A stretch of DNA of 32,000 bases, from positions 4,147-36,146 of the forward strand of contig JAFRIW010000007.1 of assembly GCA_017432565.1 (NCBI GenBank). Direction: 5' to 3'. The position numbers and the translations under genes were made by a program. The notes beneath the pieces were generated by a model, which saw only the letters and a list, made by a program, of their open reading frames with translations, was not told the DNA's origin and made no database searches. This DNA is from Lachnospiraceae bacterium. GTDB lineage: Bacteria > Bacillota > Clostridia > Lachnospirales > Lachnospiraceae. Below are positions 1 through 7,393 of this stretch, one piece after another (position 1 is the stretch's first letter; each line of letters begins with the position of its first letter).

Positions 1-521
1 TCGACCTTTTCGTTGGACAGCGGTTCTTTCTTCCCGGTGCGTTCCAGGTAGATGTCCCGCACGTCCATGCAGAAGTCCCAGAGACTGTAAATCAGAATGC
101 CCGCCACCAGGATCGGGAAGGGGAAGTAGAGAATCTTCAGCGGAATCTGGAGGGACATGCTTCGCTGGCGGAGATTGACGATGTACTTGATGGAGCCGGA
201 GAGCAGGAAGCAGTAGGTCACGACCATGAACAGGTTGCCCAGGATGCGGATCCACCGCTGTCCCCGCGGCCGGAGGCTGTCGTACAGCATGGAGAAGCAG
301 ACGTGATCGTTTCTTCTCCGGGCCCACAGCGCGGCCGGCAGGACGGTCCACAGATAGCCCATGATCTGAATCTCATTGGCGTAGGTCGCGGAGCGCTTCA
401 AGACATACCGGCACAGGATTCCCCACATGAACATTCCGAACAGCATGGCAAAAGCCAGCGTCGGGACGGCGATCTCGTAGAGATCCCGGATTTTGAAAAA
501 GATTTTCTTGGCTTTATCCAC
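1..521 (-). CDS. TRAP transporter small permease (DctQ-type); 3' end runs off the window
   Basis: Not in the supplied ORF track because there is no stop inside the window. The reverse strand reads GGAGGAatcaacGTG with GTG at 521, then an uninterrupted frame to base 1 (VDKAKKIFFKIRDLYEIAVPTLAFAMLFGMFMWGILCRYVL...SLQIPLKILYFPFPILVAGILIYSLWDF...). It is a hydrophobic multi-TM protein lying directly downstream of a DctP-type binding-protein gene. Confidence 0.7.
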   Translation of the reverse strand, partial: MDKAKKIFFKIRDLYEIAVPTLAFAMLFGMFMWGILCRYVLKRSATYANEIQIMGYLWTVLPAALWARRRNDHVCFSMLYDSLRPRGQRWIRILGNLFMVVTYCFLLSGSIKYIVNLRQRSMSLQIPLKILYFPFPILVAGILIYSLWDFCMDVRDIYLERTGKKEPLSNEKV

Positions 522-542
522 GTTGATTCCTCCGTTGAATAT

Positions 543-569
543 GCCGGGAGTGCATCGGGCACCCCCGGC
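543..569 (-). promoter_or_regulatory. Intercistronic GC-rich stem-loop between the TRAP binding-protein and small-permease genes
   Basis: gccgggagtgc (543-553) pairs with gcacccccggc (559-569) at 10 of 11 positions, with a 5-nt loop. It lies in the 70-nt gap between the stop at 592 and the GTG at 521. A role in mRNA stability or attenuation is inference. Confidence 0.35.
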
Positions 570-591
570 AAAAGATGGGAACAGGTATGGA

Positions 592-1794
592 TTATTTCAT
601 GGAATCACCGAGTGCGTTGATCTTCTCAAGCAGCTCCAGATCCCACTTTCCGGAGATGTCCTTGTTGCTGAGGTACGCGGCCTGGACCTTCTCCTTGAAA
701 GGAGCCTTGTCAGGATACTGGAAACGGATGTTGTAGGTGTCTTTTGCTTCCTTGAGCAGGTTCTGCTCTTCCTCGACTGCCCACTCGATGGTCAGGTCTC
801 TGGCCTCGCACATGCAGTCGTAGAAGATTTCCTGCTGCTCTGTTGTCATCTGCTCCCAGATGTCGCCGTCGAGCGTGATGAAGTTCGGGGTGATCATGTG
901 CTCGATGAAGACAAGGGTCTTGCAGACTTCGAACTGGCCCTGTGCGTAGGTCGAGAAGATCTGGTTCTCATGACCGTCGATCAGGCCGGTCTCCATGGCC
1001 AGGTAAACTTCGCTGACGTCCAGCGGGGTGACGTTGAAGCCGAGCGCTTCGCCGAGCTGTACGAAGGAAGCGGAGGTAGGCATGCGGATCGTCAGGCCTT
1101 CGCAGTCCTCAGGGGTGTTGATGTCTTTGTCTTCCGCGAGCCACAGGTCGCGGGTTCCGATATAGTCGCAGCCAAAGGTCATGACGTGGAACTCGTCCCA
1201 GATCGCCTGCTGCAGATACGCGCCGATCTCGCCTTCGGGATCAAAGGTTGCCTTCATGTGGTCGACGGAGTCGAAGAGGTAGCCCATGTCGAGCATGTTT
1301 GCCCACGGCAGGCCATTGTCGTACATGTAGGACGGCTGGATGAAGCTGATGTTTGCTTCGTGTGCGAGGATGGCCGGGAACTCCGCGTCAGTCTTGAACA
1401 GAGTTGCGGAATCATACATTTCAAAATTGAACATGCCCGGAGCCTTCTCATCAAAGACCTGCTGGATGAACTGTTCGCACTGATAGGATGCAGCGCCGGG
1501 TTTGTGGGTGGTGGTCACGATGATCTTGAGCGGCTCAGCGCTCTCGGTTTCGGCTGCTTTGGCTCCCTCGGGGAACTGGCGGTGCTTCTCGCCGGAGGCG
1601 GCGGCTTCAGTCTGCTCTTCGACAGCTGCTTCAACTTCCTCGACAGCTTCTTCAACCTTCTCTTCAGCTTCCGCAGCTGCTTCCTCTACAGCTTCCTGAG
1701 CCGGAGCTGCCGGTGCTGCCGGAGCTGCTGCACAGCCAGCGATCGCGCCGGCTGCGATGGTGATTGCAAGCATTCCTGCAAGTTTGTTTTTCAT
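592..1794 (-). CDS. TRAP transporter substrate-binding lipoprotein (DctP family)
   Basis: 400-aa ORF with ribosome binding site GGAGGGttatATG. Lipoprotein signal MKNKLAGMLAITIAAGAIAGC, followed by an Ala/Glu/Pro-rich linker of about 67 residues. The body is DctP-like (LKIIVTTTHKPGAASYQ..., LTIRMPTSASFVQLGEALGFNVTPLDVSEVYLAMETGLIDGHEN). Confidence 0.88.
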   Translation of the reverse strand: MKNKLAGMLAITIAAGAIAGCAAAPAAPAAPAQEAVEEAAAEAEEKVEEAVEEVEAAVEEQTEAAASGEKHRQFPEGAKAAETESAEPLKIIVTTTHKPGAASYQCEQFIQQVFDEKAPGMFNFEMYDSATLFKTDAEFPAILAHEANISFIQPSYMYDNGLPWANMLDMGYLFDSVDHMKATFDPEGEIGAYLQQAIWDEFHVMTFGCDYIGTRDLWLAEDKDINTPEDCEGLTIRMPTSASFVQLGEALGFNVTPLDVSEVYLAMETGLIDGHENQIFSTYAQGQFEVCKTLVFIEHMITPNFITLDGDIWEQMTTEQQEIFYDCMCEARDLTIEWAVEEEQNLLKEAKDTYNIRFQYPDKAPFKEKVQAAYLSNKDISGKWDLELLEKINALGDSMK

Positions 1795-1867
1795 ATAACC
1801 CTCCTGTTCTTGAATCTGTTGCTTTTACTGCGTTTTGTTTCTGTTCCGGTGTATTCCGGATTTTGTC

Positions 1868-2335
1868 TTACAGCGCGCTCATGCGGACTTTGACGACGAC
1901 CTTGCGGACGGGCGAGGGCTGCCCCACACAGCACCCCGGGCGGTGAATGTCCGAAGGGAAGAAGACGCAGAAGTCCTTGTCGCGGCAGATGACGAACTGT
2001 TCGCCGGGTGCTTCGGAGAAGAAGGCGATGTCTTTTTCTTCGTTCTCTTCCGCGGGGGCGAGCCCTTCGATGAGATTAGTGTAGCCCATTTTTTCCTCAC
2101 CGCAGATGATGTACTGAACATCCAGGTATTTCTTGTGTGTCTCGGGACGCTTGCCGTCGATCGGTTTGGTCTCGATGGACTGGACCAGCGCGTAGATGTC
2201 GTCACCCTGGATGGAGTAGCAGCCGGGCTCTTTGTCCGTAAAGTCGGTGTCGCGCAGGAAGCGGAGCGCTTTGCGGATGCCTTCGGGATAGGCAGCCCAG
2301 GATTCTTCCCCAAGCTTTAAGGATGAATAGATCAT
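1868..2335 (-). CDS. YhcH/YjgK/YiaL (DUF386, EbgC-like) family protein
   Basis: The track ORF 1868..2509 is trimmed to the ATG at 2335, which is preceded by GGAGGTaaaactATG. The sequence MIYSSLKLGE...HKKYLDVQYIICGEEKMGY...FFPSDIHRPG matches the family pattern, and this family is often linked to sugar-acid or sialic-acid TRAP loci. Confidence 0.8.
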   Translation of the reverse strand: MIYSSLKLGEESWAAYPEGIRKALRFLRDTDFTDKEPGCYSIQGDDIYALVQSIETKPIDGKRPETHKKYLDVQYIICGEEKMGYTNLIEGLAPAEENEEKDIAFFSEAPGEQFVICRDKDFCVFFPSDIHRPGCCVGQPSPVRKVVVKVRMSAL

Positions 2336-2342
2336 AGTTTTA

Positions 2343-2412
2343 CCTCCGTTGCGGATCAGGTGTTGTCTCTGATCGCCTCCTCCGTTGCGGTCAGGCGTTG
2401 TCTCTGATCGCC
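2343..2412. repeat. Tandem duplication of about 35 bp covering the 3' end of the aldolase gene plus the following Shine-Dalgarno sequence
   Basis: 2343-2377 is cctccgttgcggatcaggtgttgtctctgatcgcc. 2379-2412 is cctccgttgcggtcaggcgttgtctctgatcgcc. They differ by one indel and one substitution. Confidence 0.85.
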
Positions 2413-3035
2413 TTGACGTGTGCGGCAGCGCGGCGCGTGATTTCTTCGTAATCGCAGTTTTCAATGAGGTCGTTCGTGATGAACGCGCGGGTTCCGAAGC
2501 ATTTTGCACCGGCCTTTAACCACTGCGGGATGGTCTCGAGGCTGACGTTGCAGGTAGCCTGGTAAGGAATGTGTCCGAGCGGTCCCTGGAGGAACTTGAC
2601 GTACTGGGGATCCTCGATGATGTAGAGCTTGACGATGTCCGCGCCGAGGTCATAGGCGTGCACGATCTCGGAGGGAGACATGGCGCCGGGGACGGAGACG
2701 AGGCCGAGCTCCTTGGTGCGGCGGATGACATCGTCGTTGGTATTGGGAGAGACGATGTACTGTGCGCCGTTCTCGACAGCCCAGTTGACCTGGTCAACGG
2801 TCAGGACGGTGCCGGCGCCGAGATAGGCGGTGTCTCCGACAGCGGCCTTGACGGCTTCGATCTGCTCTTTGAAGTAAGCCTTGGGGTCTTCTTTCTTCTG
2901 ATCATATGTGATCTCGACGAACTTGACGCCGCCCGCGACGGAGGCTTTGGCGACCTCACCGATCTTGTCGGTCGGGATGCCGCGCATGATCGCGACGAAC
3001 ATTTCCTGTCTCAGAGTTTCCAGAATTTTACTCAT
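2391..3035 (-). CDS. eda: 2-dehydro-3-deoxyphosphogluconate / 4-hydroxy-2-oxoglutarate aldolase family
   Basis: The track ORF 2391..3146 is trimmed to the ATG at 3035, which is preceded by aaGGAGattgtaATG. The sequence MSKILETLRQEMFVAIMRG...GVKFVEITY...LGAGTVLT...YIVSP...GADIVKLY is typical of KDPG aldolases. Confidence 0.85.
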   Translation of the reverse strand: MSKILETLRQEMFVAIMRGIPTDKIGEVAKASVAGGVKFVEITYDQKKEDPKAYFKEQIEAVKAAVGDTAYLGAGTVLTVDQVNWAVENGAQYIVSPNTNDDVIRRTKELGLVSVPGAMSPSEIVHAYDLGADIVKLYIIEDPQYVKFLQGPLGHIPYQATCNVSLETIPQWLKAGAKCFGTRAFITNDLIENCDYEEITRRAAAHVKAIRDNA

Positions 3036-3131
3036 TACAATCTCCTTATTCTGACAATTAAACGTGGGTTTTTGGTGCTCCTTGTGCAAACTGGCCAACG
3101 ACTGCGCAATATCGGAGGCTTTTTTGTGAAC

Positions 3132-3160
3132 TATGCACGTCTGCATACTTGTAGTATAAT
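3132..3160 (+). promoter_or_regulatory. Candidate LysR operator (TATGCA-cgtc-TGCATA) next to a TATAAT -10 box
   Basis: A perfect 6+4+6 inverted repeat lies at 3132-3147, immediately upstream of TATAAT at 3155-3160. It sits in the divergent region between the aldolase operon and the LysR gene. The operator role is inferred from position only. Confidence 0.35.
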
Positions 3161-3276
3161 GGGGGCGTCCGAGGAAGAAAAATATCGAATATCAGTAATA
3201 ACTATAAGCAAAATCGATAGACGGAATAATGGTCATCCCGTCTGTCCGGATTTAAAGGCAACATGTGGGGCAGCGG

Positions 3277-4155
3277 ATGAATACGAAACAGATAGAGTAT
3301 GTTCTGGCGATCGCCGAAGAAAAAAACATCTCGCGGGCAGCCGAGCGGCTGTTCGTGTCTCAGTCTGCGCTGTCGCAGAGTCTGATTAATCTGGAGAAGG
3401 AAATCGGAGCCCCGCTGTTCGTGCGGGATCAGCGGGAAATGAAGCTCACGGAGGCGGGGCGGTATTATGTCGACGCCTGCCGTGAGATCATGCGTATCAA
3501 GGAGCAGACGTATCAGACGATCCGGGAGCTGAACCGGATCAGCTATAAGATCGGTATTTCGTCCACGGAGGGAATGCACCGGTTTCTCGCGGCGATGAGC
3601 CCGTTCCAGGAAAAGCACCCGGGCGTGGAGATTTTTGCCAGCGACGGAGAGTCGCAGTCGCTGCTCAAAGATCTGCAGCGCGGTCTGTATCTGGCGGTCA
3701 TCATCGCGATCGACGCGGAGGAGAAGATCGATTTTCCGTACGAGATCCTGTCGACAGAGGAAGTCTTCCTGGTCATGCCGGAGAAGCTGGCGGCAGGGCG
3801 GTCCGGCGGTGTGGAGTGCAGGGATCTCGTTAATGAGAAGTTCATCCTGTCCACATCGAATACGACGATGCGCAGGATCACGGAGCGGATCTTCTTAACG
3901 AGCGGATTTGCGCCGAACGTGATCAGTGAGACCAACAACACCACGGCGCTGCTGCAGATGGTGAGCGCAGGCCGGGGAATCGGCTTCCTGCCCGGCAATC
4001 TGTGCCGGGAGATGCCCGGCGTCGTCTTTGTCCCGATGCAGCCGGAGGTCTTCCGGCATCAGGCCATCGTCTATCGCAGTGATAATATAAACGATTATCT
4101 GCTCGACTTTATAAACATGCTGAAAGAAACCGGCAGCATGCCGGGGAATATGTGA
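3277..4155 (+). CDS. LysR-family transcriptional regulator
   Basis: The N-terminal HTH MNTKQIEYVLAIAEEKNISRAAERLFVSQSALSQSLINLEKEIGAPLFVR is the canonical LysR signature. A C-terminal substrate-binding-like domain follows. The gene is divergent from the TRAP/aldolase operon. I prefer the ATG at 3277 to the GTG at 3265. Confidence 0.9.
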   Translation: MNTKQIEYVLAIAEEKNISRAAERLFVSQSALSQSLINLEKEIGAPLFVRDQREMKLTEAGRYYVDACREIMRIKEQTYQTIRELNRISYKIGISSTEGMHRFLAAMSPFQEKHPGVEIFASDGESQSLLKDLQRGLYLAVIIAIDAEEKIDFPYEILSTEEVFLVMPEKLAAGRSGGVECRDLVNEKFILSTSNTTMRRITERIFLTSGFAPNVISETNNTTALLQMVSAGRGIGFLPGNLCREMPGVVFVPMQPEVFRHQAIVYRSDNINDYLLDFINMLKETGSMPGNM

Positions 4156-4316
4156 GGAAGCGGCAGTATGCCGGGAAATGAGCGCTTTTGAGGGGGATTA
4201 TCAGTTTTTTGGCGCGGCGCAGACTTGCTTTCAGCGGAAGGGCCATTCTGCCCGAGCGCGGCGCGGCAAGCGCGCCAGGGCGTTCTTGAATATTTGTACT
4301 TGTTCCCCGCAAAATC

Positions 4317-4336
4317 GGAAATTGAGTTCAATTTCC
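4317..4336. repeat. Perfect 20-bp palindrome GGAAATTGAgtTCAATTTCC in a non-coding gap
   Basis: Read directly from the sequence: 9-bp arms with a 2-bp spacer. The function is unknown; a protein-binding site is possible. Confidence 0.6.
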
Positions 4337-4629
4337 CGTGCTTGTGAATCAGGCGAATGTTCATTTTTTGTACTTCCTCATTCATTTTTTCCAGACTGAG
4401 AACAATTATTTGAGTCGTTCATTTCAATTGCTTGCGTCCGGATCGAAAAGCAAGTTAAAAAGTTGAACTTATCCGCGGAAAAAACAAGAATGAGTACAAT
4501 CCTGTTTTCCAGACTCTTCCGGATGCCCGAGTTCACATAAATTAGTTGTTTTTATTTTCCGAATTCATCAGATTTATGTACAACCGGCGAATTTCAACAC
4601 ACAATTGAAAATCAGTAAACCTGGTGATA

Positions 4630-4665
4630 AAAAAGCGGCCGCACCAGCTATTGTGGTGCAGCCGC
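4630..4665 (-). terminator. Rho-independent terminator of PepSY gene copy 1
   Basis: GCGGCCGCACCA (4635-4646) pairs with TGGTGCAGCCGC (4554+100 numbering: 4654-4665) with one mismatch. On the minus strand the stem is followed by a T-run (the complement of aaaaa at 4630-4634). A homologous hairpin follows PepSY copy 2. Confidence 0.6.
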
Positions 4666-4755
4666 CTGTATTTGCGGGGGTTTTTATTCAGTTATATTTT
4701 TTTACGTTTTTTTAAGGGGTCGGTTCTCTGCGGCTTTCGTTCGTCTCAAGTTTTC

Positions 4756-5094
4756 TCAGTCGCTCTCGTATCCGAGGATCTGTCCCGTGACAGCGTCGAT
4801 GTCGTAGTTGTATTCGGTCCAGCCTACGTGGAACTCGACTTCGTAGATCTGCCAGCCGTCATCGAAGTCCATGTGAACTCTCGGCCATGTGACGTCTTTC
4901 TCAGTCACGCCTGCGTGCTTCATTGCGATTGCCAGTGCATCGTCCTGTGTGATGCATTCCTGAACAGCGACTGCTGCGGGCTGCTGCTGACGGCCTCTGC
5001 CGTATCCCTGTGCCGGAGCTGCTGCGAAAACCGGAAGCGCTGCGCTCATTGTCATAACGGTGATAACTGCTGCTGCGAACATTTTCTTCATCAT
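4756..5094 (-). CDS. Secreted PepSY-domain protein (copy 1)
   Basis: 112-aa ORF with ribosome binding site GGGAGGattaccATGATG. Signal peptide MMKKMFAAAVITVMTMSAALPVFAAAP. PepSY-like core ITQDDALAIAMKHAGVTEKDVT...DDGWQIYEVEFHVGWTEYNYDIDAVTGQIL. Confidence 0.85.
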   Translation of the reverse strand: MMKKMFAAAVITVMTMSAALPVFAAAPAQGYGRGRQQQPAAVAVQECITQDDALAIAMKHAGVTEKDVTWPRVHMDFDDGWQIYEVEFHVGWTEYNYDIDAVTGQILGYESD

Positions 5095-5299
5095 GGTAAT
5101 CCTCCCTTTTTTCCGATTCCTGATCGGTCTGTAATCTGTCCTTTGTTTTATTCGTGTGTTTGTTTTGTTTCTGTGTTTGTTGCTTTCTATGGTTCAACTT
5201 TAACATGCTGCATATTACAGAAATGTCACACGGATTTGTGAGTTTTTCAGGGACAGAATCGGGACAGAATCGGACGATTGCCGAGAGTTTGTCCTGCCA

Positions 5300-5597
5300 G
5301 CATGCGGAATAAGGAAATTTAGCAAGGAGCATGCCGGAGAAGCAGTCGCAGCAGCCCGTGCCGGCATGCGGAATCGGGAAATTCGGCAAGCAACATGCCG
5401 GAGAAGCAGGCACCGCAGCCCGTGCCGGCATGCGGAATCGGGAAATTCGGCAAGGAGCATGCCGTGGAAGCAGTCGCAGCAGCCCCTGCCGGCATGCGGA
5501 ATCGGGAAATTCAGCAAGGAGCATGCCGGGAAGCAGGCACCGCAGCCCCTGCCGGCATGTGGAATCGGGAAATTCGGCAAGCAGCATGCCGGAGAAT
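5300..5597. repeat. Non-coding tandem repeat array, about 4.7 units of 64 bp
   Basis: Units start at 5300, 5364, 5428, 5492 and 5555, giving periods of 64, 64, 64 and 63. The consensus is gcatgcggaatcgggaaattcggcaaggagcatgccggagaagcagKcRcMgcagcccStgccg. Units 1 and 3 share one variant and units 2 and 4 share another. Each unit carries two GCATGC palindromes embedded in the inverted 9-mers CCGGCATGC and GCATGCCGG. Confidence 0.9.
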
Positions 5598-5617
5598 AGT
5601 TTCAGGGGAAAAAGTGG

Positions 5618-7234
5618 TTAATCGCTGATCAGTGTTCCGCTCGCATATCCCTGGTAGTTTTCAAGGAAGGCTTCAGCGCTCTTGTTCATGTAGATGCCGA
5701 GGCGATCTTCCTTAAATCCAAGATTGATGTTGAGGCGGCCCAGGTAGTTGTCGATGATCTGGACGCTGATGAAGAGCTTGTGTGGCATAGTCCAGGCAGC
5801 CGATGCGGCGCAGCGATATTTGTGCCCGGGAACCGGGACAGTGCCGATCTCATCGTCATAATTTTCTTCCGGAAAGTCGCAGAATCTGTTCTCACACCGG
5901 CCAAAAGGAAGTTCTTTGTTGCCCTGGGCGTTGGTGTAGAAGAGTGTGCCGCCGTCCTCAGTGAAGTCGAGGCGGATGCGCGTGATGCCCATCGGATTCG
6001 GGGCGAGATGCCAGGTTCTGCCGCTGATCTGTGCTTCGATGGGCGAGGACTTTTCGCCGCGGGCGGCCGCGAGTTTAAGGGTGGAAGCGTAGCTTTGCAG
6101 GGCTTCGAGGTCGCCTGCCTCGCTGTTCTTCTGCGATGCTTCGCCGGCGTTCTCTTCGTCTGTGCGGCCGACACGCGGACCGGTCGGGTCTTCTTCATCT
6201 ATGTGATCCACGATCAGATCGAAGAAGTTTTTGATGAGGACGCGCATGTCGATGGGGTTGCCCTGGTTGTCGCCGGTGGAGACAAAGATGAGGTCTATGT
6301 CGGGGACGCAGAGCATGAACTGGCTGCCCATGCCCCAGAAGAGCCAGGAATCGCGATAGGTCCGCCAGATCTGGTAGCCGTAGCCGTACAGGTTCCAGTC
6401 CTCGGCGCCGATGGTGTCGGTGTCGATCTGCTTTGTGGTGGCGGCGCGGATGTAATCGGGGTCGAGGAGCTGCTCGCCCTCGAAGACACCGCCGTTTGCG
6501 AGGAAGCGGCCGATTTTGGCCAGGTCGCGGGTAGTGCACAGCAGGCCGGAGTCGGTCCAGGAGTGGCCGCCGGGGCAGGTGAGGATGCGGGCTTCCTGTG
6601 AGACGCCGATGCGGGCCAAAATCCGGCTTCTCAGGAATTCGATCATTTTCATGCCGGTGATGCGCTCAACGAGGGCGCCGAGGATGAAGGTGCCGTTGGA
6701 GTCGTAGCGGAAGTTCGTGCCGGGTTCGCAGGTGCCGCAGTCGATGCTTTCTTCGATGCTGCCGTCCGCGGAATCTTCAAAATAGAAGCGCACGCGGTCG
6801 GCGGGTTTTGCCTGCATCCAGTGCAGATGGGGAAGGCGGGCGGTGGTCATGGTGAGCATTTCGCGGATGGTCTGGCGGTGCAGCGCTTCGCTCGTGGAGA
6901 GCCTGATCTCATCCGGAAAATAGAGACCAATGGGGTCGTCGAGACTGATTTTGCCATCCTGAAGGAGAAGGCCGACGGCCATGGACGTCAGGCTTTTCGT
7001 CGCGGAGTACATGCGGTGCGGCGTGTCGGCGGTGAAGGGCGCCCAGTAGTGCTCGAAGCAGACGGCGCCGCCGCGCTCGATGAGGATGGAGTGCGTGGAG
7101 AGGCGGTGCGCCTCGAGGGTTTCAAGGTATGCTTTGATGCAGCGGGCGGGAATGCCGGCCTGCGCGGGAGTGATCTGTGCGGGTGCGGTCTGTGCGGGAG
7201 TGATCTGAGCGGGTGCGGCGGTTCTGACGGTCAT
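5618..7234 (-). CDS. Serine hydrolase of the beta-lactamase / PBP4* (class C-type) family with a C-terminal extra domain
   Basis: 538-aa ORF with a strong ribosome binding site AAGGAGGtccgccATG. The S-x-x-K motif occurs in RMYSATKSLTSMAVGLL. The N-terminal tail APAQITPAQT/APAQITPAQA comes from a 30-bp in-frame duplication. Confidence 0.88.
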   Translation of the reverse strand: MTVRTAAPAQITPAQTAPAQITPAQAGIPARCIKAYLETLEAHRLSTHSILIERGGAVCFEHYWAPFTADTPHRMYSATKSLTSMAVGLLLQDGKISLDDPIGLYFPDEIRLSTSEALHRQTIREMLTMTTARLPHLHWMQAKPADRVRFYFEDSADGSIEESIDCGTCEPGTNFRYDSNGTFILGALVERITGMKMIEFLRSRILARIGVSQEARILTCPGGHSWTDSGLLCTTRDLAKIGRFLANGGVFEGEQLLDPDYIRAATTKQIDTDTIGAEDWNLYGYGYQIWRTYRDSWLFWGMGSQFMLCVPDIDLIFVSTGDNQGNPIDMRVLIKNFFDLIVDHIDEEDPTGPRVGRTDEENAGEASQKNSEAGDLEALQSYASTLKLAAARGEKSSPIEAQISGRTWHLAPNPMGITRIRLDFTEDGGTLFYTNAQGNKELPFGRCENRFCDFPEENYDDEIGTVPVPGHKYRCAASAAWTMPHKLFISVQIIDNYLGRLNINLGFKEDRLGIYMNKSAEAFLENYQGYASGTLISD

Positions 7235-7393
7235 GGCGGACCTCCTTTTGCGGATGCGGTTTTTCTGTTATCTGATGAATTTCCGGATGTGCATCTATGA
7301 TGTGTCTGCCTGAGAAAATGATAACAAGGGGAGGGGGGAAAGGGAAGAGGAACGTCACAGTGCTATGAGGTATAATGATAGTCGGAGGCAGCA

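Noticed and set aside
493-1893. 466-aa plus-strand ORF
   Set aside because: It is entirely antisense to the well-supported DctP-type gene. It has no ribosome binding site, and its composition is Leu/Val/Gly/Asp/Arg-rich, as expected for shadow frames in high-GC DNA.
4095-4385. 96-aa minus-strand ORF in the AT-rich gap, overlapping the LysR 3' end
   Set aside because: It has no ribosome binding site. The C-terminal half is antisense to LysR and to the repeat motif. The composition changes abruptly along the ORF. At best it is a remnant, and it is covered by the finding on the gap.
5300-5597. Possible CRISPR array, because of regularly spaced repeats containing palindromic elements
   Set aside because: The segments between the conserved cores are not unique spacers. 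They alternate between just two near-identical variants, so the whole 64-bp unit is repeated. No cas genes or leader sequence are in the window.
4901-5628. Five overlapping track ORFs (77-228 aa) running through the repeat array on both strands
   Set aside because: They are open only because the GC-rich repeat lacks stop codons. The 64-bp period shifts the frame at every unit. The 228-aa ORF runs out of frame into the PepSY gene. None has a ribosome binding site.
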